This document shows positions 19,881 to 29,717 of a stretch of DNA of 64,000 bases, piece by piece (positions within the stretch are counted from its first letter, which is position 1; the number at the start of each line of letters is the position of its first letter). The stretch covers positions 90,483 to 154,482 of the forward strand of contig JAJZPL010000002.1 of assembly GCA_021811185.1 (NCBI GenBank), given 5' to 3'. The DNA comes from a bacterium. GTDB lineage: Bacteria; Elusimicrobiota; Elusimicrobia; Elusimicrobiales; UBA9959. Under the pieces are notes generated by a model, which was not told the DNA's origin, made no database searches, and saw nothing but the letters and a program-made list of their open reading frames with translations. The position numbers and the translations under genes were made by a program.

Positions 19881-20810
19881 ATGGATGTCGATGAATATAT
19901 AAGGCAACGCGCCGCCGCTATAAACGCGGCTCTCCCGGGTTTTATAACCAGCCTTAAAGGGGCGCAGCCCGCCCTCTCTAAAGCCATGGCCTACCCGCTG
20001 GCGGCCGGCGGCAAGCGCCTGCGCCCGCTCCTGATGGGCGCCTCTTACGAGATCTTCGGCGGCAGGGCCGCCGACATCCTGCCCGCGGCCTGCGCCATAG
20101 AGATGCTGCATACCTATTCGCTCGTTCACGACGACCTGCCGGCCATGGACGACGACGACCTGCGCCGAGGCCGCCCCACCAGCCACAAGGTTTACGGCGA
20201 GGCCCTGGCCATCCTCTCCGGCGACGCGCTGCTGACCGACGCTTTTACCGTCCTGCTTTCCTCGAAGTATCCCGGCGGCGTCAAGCCGGAGCGCGTGCTC
20301 CGCGCCGCGGGCATCCTTGCCTCCAGGGCGGGCGCCCGGGGCATGGTGTCGGGGCAGGCGGCGGACCTGGGAGCCGAGGGCTTTCTCCCGGGGGGGAAGA
20401 TCCCGGCCGCCCGGAAGAAAGCCGGGCTGAGGCTGCTTTCCTACATCCACCAGCACAAGACCGCCGACTTGATCACCGCCGCGGTGGAGATGGGCGCGGC
20501 CCTGGCCGGCGCCCCGGAAAAAGACTTTAAGGCCATGTCCGCCTTCGGGCGCGATCTGGGCCTCTGCTTCCAGGTGGCGGACGACATCCTGGACGTGGTG
20601 GGGGATAAGAAGAAACTCGGGAAGAGCGGCAGCGACGCGCGCAACCGCAAGCTCACCTACGCCTCCCTGCTGGGCGTGGAGGAAGCCCGCGGCCGGGCGG
20701 CGGCGCTGATGCGCCGGGCCCTGGCCGGTCTCGCCGGGGTAAACGGCGCGGCCGCCCCAAAAGAAGCCCTGGCCGGCCTGGCCGGTTTCGTCTACGGGAG
20801 GGAAAGCTGA
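19881..20810 (+). CDS. ispA: Farnesyl/geranylgeranyl diphosphate synthase
   Basis: GGKRLRP, HDDLPAMDDDDLRRG, FQVADDILD. Confidence 0.92.
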   Translation: MDVDEYIRQRAAAINAALPGFITSLKGAQPALSKAMAYPLAAGGKRLRPLLMGASYEIFGGRAADILPAACAIEMLHTYSLVHDDLPAMDDDDLRRGRPTSHKVYGEALAILSGDALLTDAFTVLLSSKYPGGVKPERVLRAAGILASRAGARGMVSGQAADLGAEGFLPGGKIPAARKKAGLRLLSYIHQHKTADLITAAVEMGAALAGAPEKDFKAMSAFGRDLGLCFQVADDILDVVGDKKKLGKSGSDARNRKLTYASLLGVEEARGRAAALMRRALAGLAGVNGAAAPKEALAGLAGFVYGRES

Positions 20811-20811
20811 T

Positions 20812-22695
20812 ATGCCTCTCCTCTCCAATATAAGAGGTTCGGAAGACATAAAGAAACTTTCCGCGGCGGCCCTGCCGGAACTGGCCGAGGAAGTGCGCCG
20901 GCTCATCATAGAGGGCGTCAGCCGCACCGGCGGCCACCTGGCCTCCAGCCTGGGGGCGGCGGACCTGATCCTGTCGCTGCATTACGTCTTCGACACGCCC
21001 CGCGACCGCATAGTTTTCGACACCGGGCACCAGGCCTACGCCCATAAGATCCTCACCGGGCGGGCCGACAGTTTTCACACCATCCGTACGAAGGGCGGCC
21101 TTTCCGGTTTCCTCAAACGCTACGAATCCGAATACGACGCCTTCGGCGCCGGGCACGCCTCCACGGCCCTTTCCGCCGCCGCGGGCATGGCCGCGGCCCG
21201 CGACCAGGCCGGGGCCTCTTACCGCGTGGTGGCCGTGGTGGCCGACGGCGCTATGACAGGCGGCATGGCCTGGGAGGCCATGCAGAACGTCGGGCAACTG
21301 GGCACGGACCTGCTGGTGGTGCTGAACGACAACCAGATGTTCATCTCGCAGCGCGTCGGGCGCCTGGGGCGCATCCTCACGAAGCTCCTCACGCTGGGCA
21401 CGATCCAGAACGCCGAGCGCAAGGCCGAGCTGTTCCTGAACCGCTTCCAGTTCTGGGGCAAGAACATCCTGCGCGTGGCCAAGCGCGCGCGCGTGCTCTT
21501 CTTCCCCGGCATGATCTTCGAGGAAATGGGCTTTACCTACTACGGGCCGGTGGACGGTCACAATATAGCCGAGCTGGTGGAAGTGCTGGGCTACGTTAAA
21601 AATCTGAAGGGCCCCGTCATGCTGCACGTGGTCACCAAAAAAGGCCGCGGCTACGCGCCGGCGGAGACGGCCCCCACCAAATTCCACGGCGCGGCCAGTT
21701 TCGACGTGGAAACGGGGATCTCGGCCAAGGCGTCCGCGCCCGCCGCGCCCTCTTTCACCTCGGTCTTCGGTACGACCCTGGTTAAACTGGCCAGGAAGGA
21801 CAGCCGGATCTGCGCTATAACCGCGGCCATGCCGGAGGGGACAGGGCTGGACCTGTTCCGCGACGCTTTTCCCAAGCGGTATTACGACGTCGGCATCGCC
21901 GAAGAGCACGCCATCACCTTCGCCGCAGGGCTTGCCGCGGACGGTATGAAGCCGGTGGCCGCCATCTACTCCTCTTTCATGCAGCGCGCTTTCGATCAGG
22001 TACAGCACGACATCTCCCTGCAAAAGCTGCCGGTGGTGATCGCGATGGACCGCGCCGGCCTGGTGGGGGAGGACGGCCCCACGCACCACGGCGTGTTCGA
22101 TATTTCCCTTTTCCGGATGCTGCCTGACGTGGTGGTTATGGCCGCCGCCGACGAGAACGAGCTGCAGCACATGCTGGCTACGGCCTTCGCCTGCGGCAAG
22201 CCCGCGCTGCTGCGCTACCCGCGCGGCCGCGGCTTCGGCGTGCCGATGGACCCCGAACCGGCGGAGCTGCCGCTCGGCAAGGGCCGCGTGCTGCTGCCCG
22301 GCAAGGACGTCAATTTTCTGGCCATAGGCAACCGGGTACACCCGGCCGTTAAGGCCGCCGAACTCCTCCGGGCCTCCGGCATAGACGCCGGCGTGGCCGA
22401 TATGAGGTTCGTGAAGCCGCTCGATACGGAACTCATAAACAAACTGGCCGCCTCCGGGCCGCTGATCACCGTAGAGGATAACGCGCTCGCCGGCGGCTTC
22501 GGCTCTGCGGTGCTGGAATACCTTAACGGGTCCGGCATGGAGACCAGGCTGCTGCGCCTCGGCATTCCGGACGAATACGTCGAGCAGGGCAAGCCCGAAG
22601 AGCTTTACGAGGACCTGGGCCTGACCGCGGAAAAGATGGCCGCGCAGGCCTCGGCGTGGCTCGCGAAAAAAGATCTGCTGAAGACCAACAACTAA
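20812..22695 (+). CDS. dxs: 1-deoxy-D-xylulose-5-phosphate synthase
   Basis: GGHLASSLG, DTGHQAY, DVGIAEEHA, DRAGLVGEDGPTH. Confidence 0.97.
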   Translation: MPLLSNIRGSEDIKKLSAAALPELAEEVRRLIIEGVSRTGGHLASSLGAADLILSLHYVFDTPRDRIVFDTGHQAYAHKILTGRADSFHTIRTKGGLSGFLKRYESEYDAFGAGHASTALSAAAGMAAARDQAGASYRVVAVVADGAMTGGMAWEAMQNVGQLGTDLLVVLNDNQMFISQRVGRLGRILTKLLTLGTIQNAERKAELFLNRFQFWGKNILRVAKRARVLFFPGMIFEEMGFTYYGPVDGHNIAELVEVLGYVKNLKGPVMLHVVTKKGRGYAPAETAPTKFHGAASFDVETGISAKASAPAAPSFTSVFGTTLVKLARKDSRICAITAAMPEGTGLDLFRDAFPKRYYDVGIAEEHAITFAAGLAADGMKPVAAIYSSFMQRAFDQVQHDISLQKLPVVIAMDRAGLVGEDGPTHHGVFDISLFRMLPDVVVMAAADENELQHMLATAFACGKPALLRYPRGRGFGVPMDPEPAELPLGKGRVLLPGKDVNFLAIGNRVHPAVKAAELLRASGIDAGVADMRFVKPLDTELINKLAASGPLITVEDNALAGGFGSAVLEYLNGSGMETRLLRLGIPDEYVEQGKPEELYEDLGLTAEKMAAQASAWLAKKDLLKTNN

Positions 22696-22713
22696 GACCC
22701 CAAGGAGCGCAAC

Positions 22714-23577
22714 GTGAAACAGACACAAGAGATGAGGGAACAGGTTTTAAAATTACGCAGGGCCAAGGCCTACAGGAAAGCCTATACCGACCCGGATTTC
22801 CTCAGCAGCGATGAAATGCGCCCCGTGCGCCTGCAGCTGGAACTGCAGAAACCCGAAATGGCGCTGGCGGCCCACGACGTGAAGGCCACCGTGGTGGTTT
22901 TCGGCAGCGCCCGCATCTGGGATAAAGGCCAGTCCGAGGACAGGTCCGCTGAAATAAGCAAGCTCCTGAAAAAGGACCCCAAAAACCCGCTGCTGGTCAA
23001 CAAGCTGGCCTCGGCCAGGCGGCTGGAGGCCTCCGCCAAGTTTTACGAAGTGGCCCGCGATTTCGGCCGGCTGGTTTCCCTGGCCGACGTGCTGCCGGAC
23101 CGCAAACTGGTGGTGGTCACCGGCGGCGGCCCCGGCATCATGGAAGCCGCCAACCGCGGCGCCTACGAGGCAGGCGCGAAGACCATCGGCCTGAACATCA
23201 CGCTCGACATGGAGCAGGGTCCCAACCCTTACGTCTCCCCCGAGTTCTGCTTCCGCTTCCATTATTTCGCCATCCGCAAGATGCACTTCGTCATGCGGGC
23301 GCGCGCGCTGGTGGCGTTCCCCGGCGGCTTCGGCACCATGGACGAACTGTTCGAGGTGCTGACGCTGGTGCAGACCGGCAAGAAGCGCCGCCTGCCCATC
23401 ATCCTGGTCGGCAGGAAATACTGGGACGACGTGGTCAACTTCGCGAACATGGCCAAGTGGGGCTATATCGCCAAGGAGGACCTGAAGCTGTTCCGCTACG
23501 CGGAGACCGGCGCGGAGATCCTGGAGCATATCACCGAGTTCTACCGCAAAAACCCCCAGGCCAACGGTAAAAAATGA
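22714..23577 (+). CDS. LOG-family (TIGR00730) nucleotide phosphoribohydrolase
   Basis: VFGSAR, TGGGPGIMEAANRGA, PGGFGTMDE. Confidence 0.9.
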   Translation: MKQTQEMREQVLKLRRAKAYRKAYTDPDFLSSDEMRPVRLQLELQKPEMALAAHDVKATVVVFGSARIWDKGQSEDRSAEISKLLKKDPKNPLLVNKLASARRLEASAKFYEVARDFGRLVSLADVLPDRKLVVVTGGGPGIMEAANRGAYEAGAKTIGLNITLDMEQGPNPYVSPEFCFRFHYFAIRKMHFVMRARALVAFPGGFGTMDELFEVLTLVQTGKKRRLPIILVGRKYWDDVVNFANMAKWGYIAKEDLKLFRYAETGAEILEHITEFYRKNPQANGKK

Positions 23578-24800
23578 AGTCCTTACGGGGAGGCACGGCT
23601 GCGGCGCTGGCGGTACTTACCGCCGGCGCCGCGCTGGGCGCCTCGGCGCTGATCGCGCTTCTCCCTCCGCCTTCCACCTTTTCGCTGCTCTTCCCGCCGC
23701 AAAGTCCACATATCAGGGCCGGCCGTTTCGCCGTGCCGGTCTGCAACGGCGTGCAGTGCCGCCTCTGTCCCTACGAATGTTTCCTGCCCGAGGGCGCGCG
23801 CGGGCGCTGCAAGGTGCGCGTCAATTACGGCGGGCGCATAAAGACGCTGGTCTACGGCCAGCCCGCGGCGGTCAACCTGGACCCGATAGAAAAAAAGCCC
23901 GTCTACCATATGTACCCTGGCAGCCTTATTTACTCCATCGCGGCGCCGGGGTGCAACCTGTCCTGCAAGGCCTGCCAGAACTGGGAGATCTCCCAGATCT
24001 ACCCCGAGCAGGCCCGGGGCTCCGTGTCCATCCCTTCCGCGCTGGAGATCCTGCCGGGGCCCGGCGGCAAGCCCTACGCCCGGCTGCGGGCGGCCCGGGT
24101 TTCGGAGCTGCCGCCAGCCGACGTGGTGAAGTACGCGCTCGCTACCCGGTCCAGGGCCGTCGCCTACACCTATTCCGAGCCGGTGATCTTCTACGAGTAC
24201 ATGTACGACACGGCCGCGCTGGCGCGGAGCAAGGGGCTTAAGAACGTGATGGTCAGTTCCGGCTATATCAACAAGGAGCCGCTGGACGAGCTGCTGCCGC
24301 TGATGGATGTGGTCAAGATAGACCTGAAGGGTTTTAATGAGAAATTCTACCGCGATTACACCGGGGCCAGGCTGGAACCTGTTAAGCGCACGCTGCTGGA
24401 GCTTAAGAAGAAAGGGATGCTCTTCGAGGTGGTGAACCTGGTGGTGCCCGGGCTTAACGATTCGCCCAAGGACATAGCGGAGCTTTCCTCGTGGGTGAAG
24501 GATAACCTTGGGGCGGACACGCCGCTGTTCTTTTCGCGCTTTACGCCCAATTACCTGCTGTCCGAGCTGCCGCCAACACCCGTGGAAACGCTTACGCTGG
24601 CGCGCGCGGAGGCCGTCAGGAAAGGTCTCAAGTACGTGTACGTGGGGAACGTGCCCGGCCACGAGGGGGAGAATACTTACTGCCCCAAGTGCGGCCGGGT
24701 GCTGATACGCAGGTACGGCTACGCGGTGCTGGAAGACAGGCTGACGCCTTCGGGCGGCCGCTGTCCCTGGGACGGCACGAAAGTTCCGGGTATCTGGTAG
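23574..24800 (+). CDS. amrS: AmmeMemoRadiSam radical SAM enzyme with N-terminal hydrophobic segment
   Basis: CRLCPYEC...C, DPIEKKP, CNLSCKACQNWEISQ (CxxxCxxC), YVYVGNV, TYCPKC. Confidence 0.9.
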   Translation: MKSLRGGTAAALAVLTAGAALGASALIALLPPPSTFSLLFPPQSPHIRAGRFAVPVCNGVQCRLCPYECFLPEGARGRCKVRVNYGGRIKTLVYGQPAAVNLDPIEKKPVYHMYPGSLIYSIAAPGCNLSCKACQNWEISQIYPEQARGSVSIPSALEILPGPGGKPYARLRAARVSELPPADVVKYALATRSRAVAYTYSEPVIFYEYMYDTAALARSKGLKNVMVSSGYINKEPLDELLPLMDVVKIDLKGFNEKFYRDYTGARLEPVKRTLLELKKKGMLFEVVNLVVPGLNDSPKDIAELSSWVKDNLGADTPLFFSRFTPNYLLSELPPTPVETLTLARAEAVRKGLKYVYVGNVPGHEGENTYCPKCGRVLIRRYGYAVLEDRLTPSGGRCPWDGTKVPGIW

Positions 24801-24817
24801 GGATCGGGAGGGGGATC

Positions 24818-26281
24818 ATGAAAAGAATACTTATGGCGCTGGTTCTGGCGGCCCAGGCCGCCGCCGCGGGCGCGCGCGAACCGGCCGTGGCGGGGCAGTT
24901 CTATCCCGCGGACAAGGCCGCGCTGGCGGCTTTCGTGGACGCCGCGCTCGCGGCAAAAAGCACCGCGAAACTCCCTGGCGCGGTGGTGGCCGTGCTGGCG
25001 CCCCACGCCGGCTACGAGTTCTCCGGCAGGATGGCGGGGCTGGCCTACGCGGAGATCGCGGACAGTTACGACACCGTGGTCATTCTAGGCACCGCGCATA
25101 CCGAGGCGGTGAAAGGCGCGGCGCTGCTGGCCGCGGATTCTTACGAAACGCCGCTGGGGAAAGTTCCGACCGACAGGAAGCTCGCCGCGGCGCTGCTTAA
25201 GGCCAGCCCGCTCTTCGAGGACAGGCCCTCGGCGCACGCCCGTGAGCACTCCGTAGAGGTGCAGCTGCCTTTCCTTCAGCGCAGGCTTAAGAAGCCTTTT
25301 AAGCTGCTCGCGGCCGTGCTGAATACCGGCGACTTGGCAGACCTGAAGAAGATCGGCGCCGCGCTGGCTTCGGCTCTTAAGGGAAAGAAAGCCCTGCTGG
25401 TTATCTCCACCGACTTCTCCCATTACCCGCCGCACAGCACGGCTGCCGCCGCCGACGGGGCCATGCTGCTGGCCGTCGAGACCCTGGACCCGGCGCTGCT
25501 CTGGTCCGCTTCGAAGATGATCCTGCAGAAGCAGGAGCCCGGGCTGGAGACCTGCGCCTGCGGCGAGGCCGCGCTGGAAGCCGGCATGGAGGCCGCGCGC
25601 CTGCTGGGCGCGGGGTCGTTCGTGCCGTTAAAACTTTCCGACTCTTACGCGGAGAACCCGGCGGCCTCGGAAGCCGGAAGGGTCGTGGGCTATCTTTCGG
25701 GGGTTTTCGTTAAAGGCGGGCGTCCCGAAGAACTTAAGCTTTCGGCGGTGCAGAAGACCGCGTTGCTCGCCGAGGCGCGCCGCACGCTGTCGGACGCGTT
25801 CGCGAAGAGACCGGCCGATCCCTCTTTGAGCGGCGACCCGAGGCTTAACCTGCCCGGCGCGGTCTTCGTGACGCTGACCGAGGGCGGGGAACTGCGCGGC
25901 TGCGTAGGCACCGTGGAGCCGGCCATGACCCTGCTGGACGCGGTGCGCTATGGGGCGTTTTCCGCGGCCTTCCGCGACGGGCGCTTCCCGCCGCTGAAGC
26001 CCGGCGAACTGGACAAAGTGCGGATAGAAGTTTCCGTGCTGTCCCCGCTCAAGCCGGTAAAGCCGGACGCTGTAAAGCCTGGCAAGATGGGTATTGTAGC
26101 CGTGAACGGAGAAAAGTCCGGGCTTTTCCTGCCTCAGGTCTGGGAGCAGCTGCCTGGGAAAGACGCGTTCCTGGGCGAACTGTGCTCCCAGAAGGCCGGC
26201 CTGCCGCGGGGCTGCTGGAAGGACGGTAAAACGAAACTCTATTCTTTTACCGTGGACGCTTTTTCCGAAGAGAAAAAATAG
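24818..26281 (+). CDS. amrB: AmmeMemoRadiSam protein B (MEMO) fused to protein A (AMMECR1)
   Basis: REPAVAGQFYP, PHAGY, EHSVEVQLPFLQ, STDFSHY; C-terminal FVTL...LRGCVG, GLFLPQVW; signal peptide. Confidence 0.9.
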   Translation: MKRILMALVLAAQAAAAGAREPAVAGQFYPADKAALAAFVDAALAAKSTAKLPGAVVAVLAPHAGYEFSGRMAGLAYAEIADSYDTVVILGTAHTEAVKGAALLAADSYETPLGKVPTDRKLAAALLKASPLFEDRPSAHAREHSVEVQLPFLQRRLKKPFKLLAAVLNTGDLADLKKIGAALASALKGKKALLVISTDFSHYPPHSTAAAADGAMLLAVETLDPALLWSASKMILQKQEPGLETCACGEAALEAGMEAARLLGAGSFVPLKLSDSYAENPAASEAGRVVGYLSGVFVKGGRPEELKLSAVQKTALLAEARRTLSDAFAKRPADPSLSGDPRLNLPGAVFVTLTEGGELRGCVGTVEPAMTLLDAVRYGAFSAAFRDGRFPPLKPGELDKVRIEVSVLSPLKPVKPDAVKPGKMGIVAVNGEKSGLFLPQVWEQLPGKDAFLGELCSQKAGLPRGCWKDGKTKLYSFTVDAFSEEKK

Positions 26282-28337
26282 GCCCGCCGGCCGCCCGGCG
26301 CCGGCGCAGGGCGACCAGCAGCCCGCCCGCCAGCGCCGCTCCCGCGGCCGCGCCGGCCAGGTGCAGCGCCCCGCTTATGCCCCAGAGCGGGGCGGAGAAA
26401 GCGGCCGTTACCAGCCCGCCCGCGGCCCCGCCGACCAGGTCTAGCGCGTAGATCCCGGCAGGGCCGCTCCCGGCGGCCTTTGAAAAGAAAAAACCTGTAA
26501 GCGTTCCCGCCGCCGCTATGAAAGCCCATACCCAGGCGCCGCCCGCTATCATGGCCGGCGCTCCGGCGCAGCCGAAGGCCAGCGCGGCGGCCGCCAGTTC
26601 CGCCGCAAGTATGCCCCCGCCGCTTTTCCCGCCCGCCCAGGCCCCCGCCGCGCCGCCCGCCATGAAGACCGCGAACAGCAGGCCCAGTTCCGGATTAAGC
26701 CTGCCCGTGCCCGCCTGGAAGGCCAGCAGCAGCGAAGTCTCGAAGGCCAGCGCCCAGAACCCCATGAAGAAAGCTTCGCCCGAGCGGTCCTCCGGCGTGA
26801 AGCCCAGGAGCCCGGCGACGCGGAAGCCCCCGAGGACGGCCGCCAGGCCCAGGGCGGCCAGGCCGAGCAGGGCCGGCGGCGAAGCCACCATAGAGAGCCA
26901 GGCCCGCCAGAAGCGGAAGTAGGCCAGCGGGTTCAGGTCGGTGTTGAGCGGCGGGTGTTTAACGCGCGCTATTTCCATTTCCGCCCAGGCTCGCCGGTAA
27001 GGGTCCAGCATGAACGGGAACGCCGGCGTTGTTACCGTCCGGTTCTTTATCCCGCGTTCGGAATATCTGCGCGCCAGCAGGGGGAGCTCCAGTTTTATCG
27101 GCTTCAGCGAGGCCAGCACGGTAAGCCGGCGGCCCGGCACCAGTTCGATATAGGGGAACACGGCCTTGGCGGAGGCCAGCACGCAGGCCGCGGCGTAGGC
27201 GGTCTCCCGCGGCAAGTAGTTCTCCGCGAACGGCAGCTGGAAGGCCAGGATGCCGCCCGGCGCCAGCATGCCGGCGGCCAGGCGGAAATATTCCAGCGTG
27301 AAGGACCTGTTCAGGGCGGCGTTGTCCGGCGAGGCGTCGGTCTGGAAAATTACGTCGTAAAAGCCGGAACGGCCTTTCAGTTCTCTCGGGTCCAGCGGCA
27401 GCAGCGCGCAGGTGCCGTTCCGCGCGCCTGCCCAGGCGGCGAGCGCGCGCGCCTTGAACCGGTCCGGCTCGGCGATCTCCACCGACGAGGGCCGGTGCTT
27501 CAGGACTTCCGGCAGGATAAAGAAAGCCCCGCCGCCGGTAAGGAGCACGCGGCCGGGGCCGGGCGAGGCCAGCAGCGGGATATGGGCCAGTTCCTCCGGC
27601 CCGGTGTCCCCCGCGGAATTCAGCAGCCGCCCGTCCTCGTAGACGGCGCGCTCCGCTCCGCCGGTGAAAGCGAGCCTGGAGCCCCCGGTAAGCGCTACCC
27701 GGGCGGGCCGCGGGGCCGGCGGTTTAAGGGTATAGCAGAGGGGCGCGGCGGCAACGGCCAGGGCGCAGGCGGCCAGGAGGGCCGCGGCGGCGTACAGCCG
27801 TTTTTTCACGGAGCCCGCCTGCGCCGCGTAAAAAGCTCCTAGCCCCAGCCCGGGCAAAGCCAGCGCGAGCACGGGCTCCAGGGAGGGGAAATAGCGGAAA
27901 TAGAGAACCGTGAACATCCCGGCCGCGGCGGCGCCGGCGGCTTCGGCGGCGTAAAAGAAAGCGGGCCTGCCGGCAAGCCCTGCGCCCGCGGCATAGCCGT
28001 TGGCTAAGCCGCAGGGCAGGGCCAGCAGCAGCGAACCGGCCGCCATGGAGAACAAGCCCGGCTGGGAAAGGCCGCCGGGCAGGGCGGGCGCGAGCCGCGC
28101 CAGCAGCAGGTTGGCCGGCGCCAACGCGGCCAGCAGCAGCGCCGCCGCCGGGAAATTCAGCCGTGCCCCGGCCGTTTTGGCTGCGGCCAGCCTGGCCCCC
28201 GCGGCGGTCCACAGCAGCCAGGCCGCCAGCGCCGCGGCCAGCGAGAGTTCGTGGGCGGAGAACAGCTGCGAGATCTCGCGCACCAGCAGTACCTGCGCCA
28301 GCAGCGAATAAAAACCGAACAGCAGGAATATCCCCAT
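26247..28337 (-). CDS. Membrane-fused spermidine synthase-like protein
   Basis: QVLLVRE N-terminal TM block, EELAHIPL, LLTGGG, FTLEYF, NTDLNP, IYALDLVG. Confidence 0.75.
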   Translation of the reverse strand: MGIFLLFGFYSLLAQVLLVREISQLFSAHELSLAAALAAWLLWTAAGARLAAAKTAGARLNFPAAALLLAALAPANLLLARLAPALPGGLSQPGLFSMAAGSLLLALPCGLANGYAAGAGLAGRPAFFYAAEAAGAAAAGMFTVLYFRYFPSLEPVLALALPGLGLGAFYAAQAGSVKKRLYAAAALLAACALAVAAAPLCYTLKPPAPRPARVALTGGSRLAFTGGAERAVYEDGRLLNSAGDTGPEELAHIPLLASPGPGRVLLTGGGAFFILPEVLKHRPSSVEIAEPDRFKARALAAWAGARNGTCALLPLDPRELKGRSGFYDVIFQTDASPDNAALNRSFTLEYFRLAAGMLAPGGILAFQLPFAENYLPRETAYAAACVLASAKAVFPYIELVPGRRLTVLASLKPIKLELPLLARRYSERGIKNRTVTTPAFPFMLDPYRRAWAEMEIARVKHPPLNTDLNPLAYFRFWRAWLSMVASPPALLGLAALGLAAVLGGFRVAGLLGFTPEDRSGEAFFMGFWALAFETSLLLAFQAGTGRLNPELGLLFAVFMAGGAAGAWAGGKSGGGILAAELAAAALAFGCAGAPAMIAGGAWVWAFIAAAGTLTGFFFSKAAGSGPAGIYALDLVGGAAGGLVTAAFSAPLWGISGALHLAGAAAGAALAGGLLVALRRRRAAGGPIFSLRKKRPR

Positions 28338-28359
28338 TGATTTTGATATTATAATACAA

Positions 28360-29496
28360 ATGAAAACCACCGGAAGCGTAAAGGAGGGGGCGGCGCCGGC
28401 GGCGTTATTTTCCGCGCTGATATTCGCGACCGTCCTTTTCTTCTCCCGCCTGGTCGTGGCCAGGGAGATCAGCGCCTTTTACGCGCTGGCCTGGGCGCTG
28501 TTCTCGGCGGGTATCGGCTTCGCCATCGCGTACACGGGCCGCGTTTCTTTTTACCGCCGCATCTTCTTTTCGGTTTCCGCGCTGGCCTTCCTGGCGCATT
28601 TCAAGTTGAGCCTGCTGGGCCGGATAGCCCCTTCCTCCTGCTTCAAGGAAACTCCTTTCTGCCACATAGCCATGGCCCCGTATTTCCTGAACTATCTCTA
28701 CCAGCAGTACCTGGCCGTGCTGAGCGGAGGGTGGAAGCTGTGGGGGCCGCTCACGCTGGGCGCGGCCTGGCTTTTTGTTACCCTGGCGCTGGGCCGGGGC
28801 TGGTGCGCCTGGGCCTGTTTTTACGGCGGCATCGACGACGGGCTTAGCGCGCTGCCGCGCCGGCCGCTGCTCAGGCTCGGGCGCTGGGCGCTGAAGTTCC
28901 GGGACCTGCCGGCGGCGCTGCTGGTATTCCTGCTGCTGGCTTCCTTTGCCTATATGCTGCCGGTCTACTGCCTATGGCTCTGCCCGTTCAAACTGACCGG
29001 GGTTTTTATGGACGCCGACGCCGGCACACACCGGCTTCAGTACGCTTTAATGCTCGCGGCCCTGGCCGCGCTGGTGCTGGGGCCGCTGCTCACTAAAAAA
29101 AGGGTATTCTGTTCCTACCTCTGCCCTTTCGCGGCCTGGCAGGCTTTCTGGGGGCGGCTGAACCCCTTCCGGGTTTCGCTGGACGCCGCCAAATGTTCGG
29201 GCTGCCTTAAATGCGCCTCGGTCTGCCCTATGCTGGCCCTTAAGGCTTCCCCGGAGGGGAAGCCGGAGTTCCTGGCCTACTGCAATCTTTGCGGGGAATG
29301 CCTAAGCGCCTGCCCTTCGGGGGGACTGCGGTACACCGTGCTGGGCCGGAACCTTCCCGGGGCCGGGGGCTGGGCGGGGCGGCTGTTCACGGCTGGGTAT
29401 TTCTACGTTTATTCAGGCTTAACGCTTGGGGCGGTTTTCGCGTCCCTTTGGGCCCCGGCCGCGCTGCGCGATATTTTCGGGCTGATCAAGTTTTAA
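28360..29496 (+). CDS. Membrane 4Fe-4S ferredoxin-type protein (NapH/MauN-like)
   Basis: RGWCAWAC, YCLWLCPF, FCSYLCP, two CxxCxxCxxxCP motifs. Confidence 0.85.
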   Translation: MKTTGSVKEGAAPAALFSALIFATVLFFSRLVVAREISAFYALAWALFSAGIGFAIAYTGRVSFYRRIFFSVSALAFLAHFKLSLLGRIAPSSCFKETPFCHIAMAPYFLNYLYQQYLAVLSGGWKLWGPLTLGAAWLFVTLALGRGWCAWACFYGGIDDGLSALPRRPLLRLGRWALKFRDLPAALLVFLLLASFAYMLPVYCLWLCPFKLTGVFMDADAGTHRLQYALMLAALAALVLGPLLTKKRVFCSYLCPFAAWQAFWGRLNPFRVSLDAAKCSGCLKCASVCPMLALKASPEGKPEFLAYCNLCGECLSACPSGGLRYTVLGRNLPGAGGWAGRLFTAGYFYVYSGLTLGAVFASLWAPAALRDIFGLIKF

Positions 29497-29511
29497 ATTC
29501 AGGGAGGACCA

Positions 29512-29706
29512 ATGAAAGACGGAAAATGGCTGGAACCGCGGTACACAAATAAGGACATCTTCGAAAAGGACTACTGCAAGCTGGACCTGAACGGCATGGA
29601 CGTCAAATGCCCCGGCTGCAAGGATACGGTACCGCTCAACCGCAAGAACAACTTCGGGAAAGCCGCCGGCTGGTGCAAGCGCTGCAACCGGGCGGTGAAC
29701 ATTTAG
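29512..29706 (+). CDS. Small zinc-ribbon protein
   Basis: CPGC...CKRC; SD GGAGG. Confidence 0.7.
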   Translation: MKDGKWLEPRYTNKDIFEKDYCKLDLNGMDVKCPGCKDTVPLNRKNNFGKAAGWCKRCNRAVNI

Positions 29707-29717
29707 CCGGTCGAACG

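Noticed and set aside
20653-22728. 691-aa minus-strand ORF (likewise 48203-50185, 42770-44329, 34833-36257)
   Set aside because: Antisense or off-frame shadows of well-supported genes
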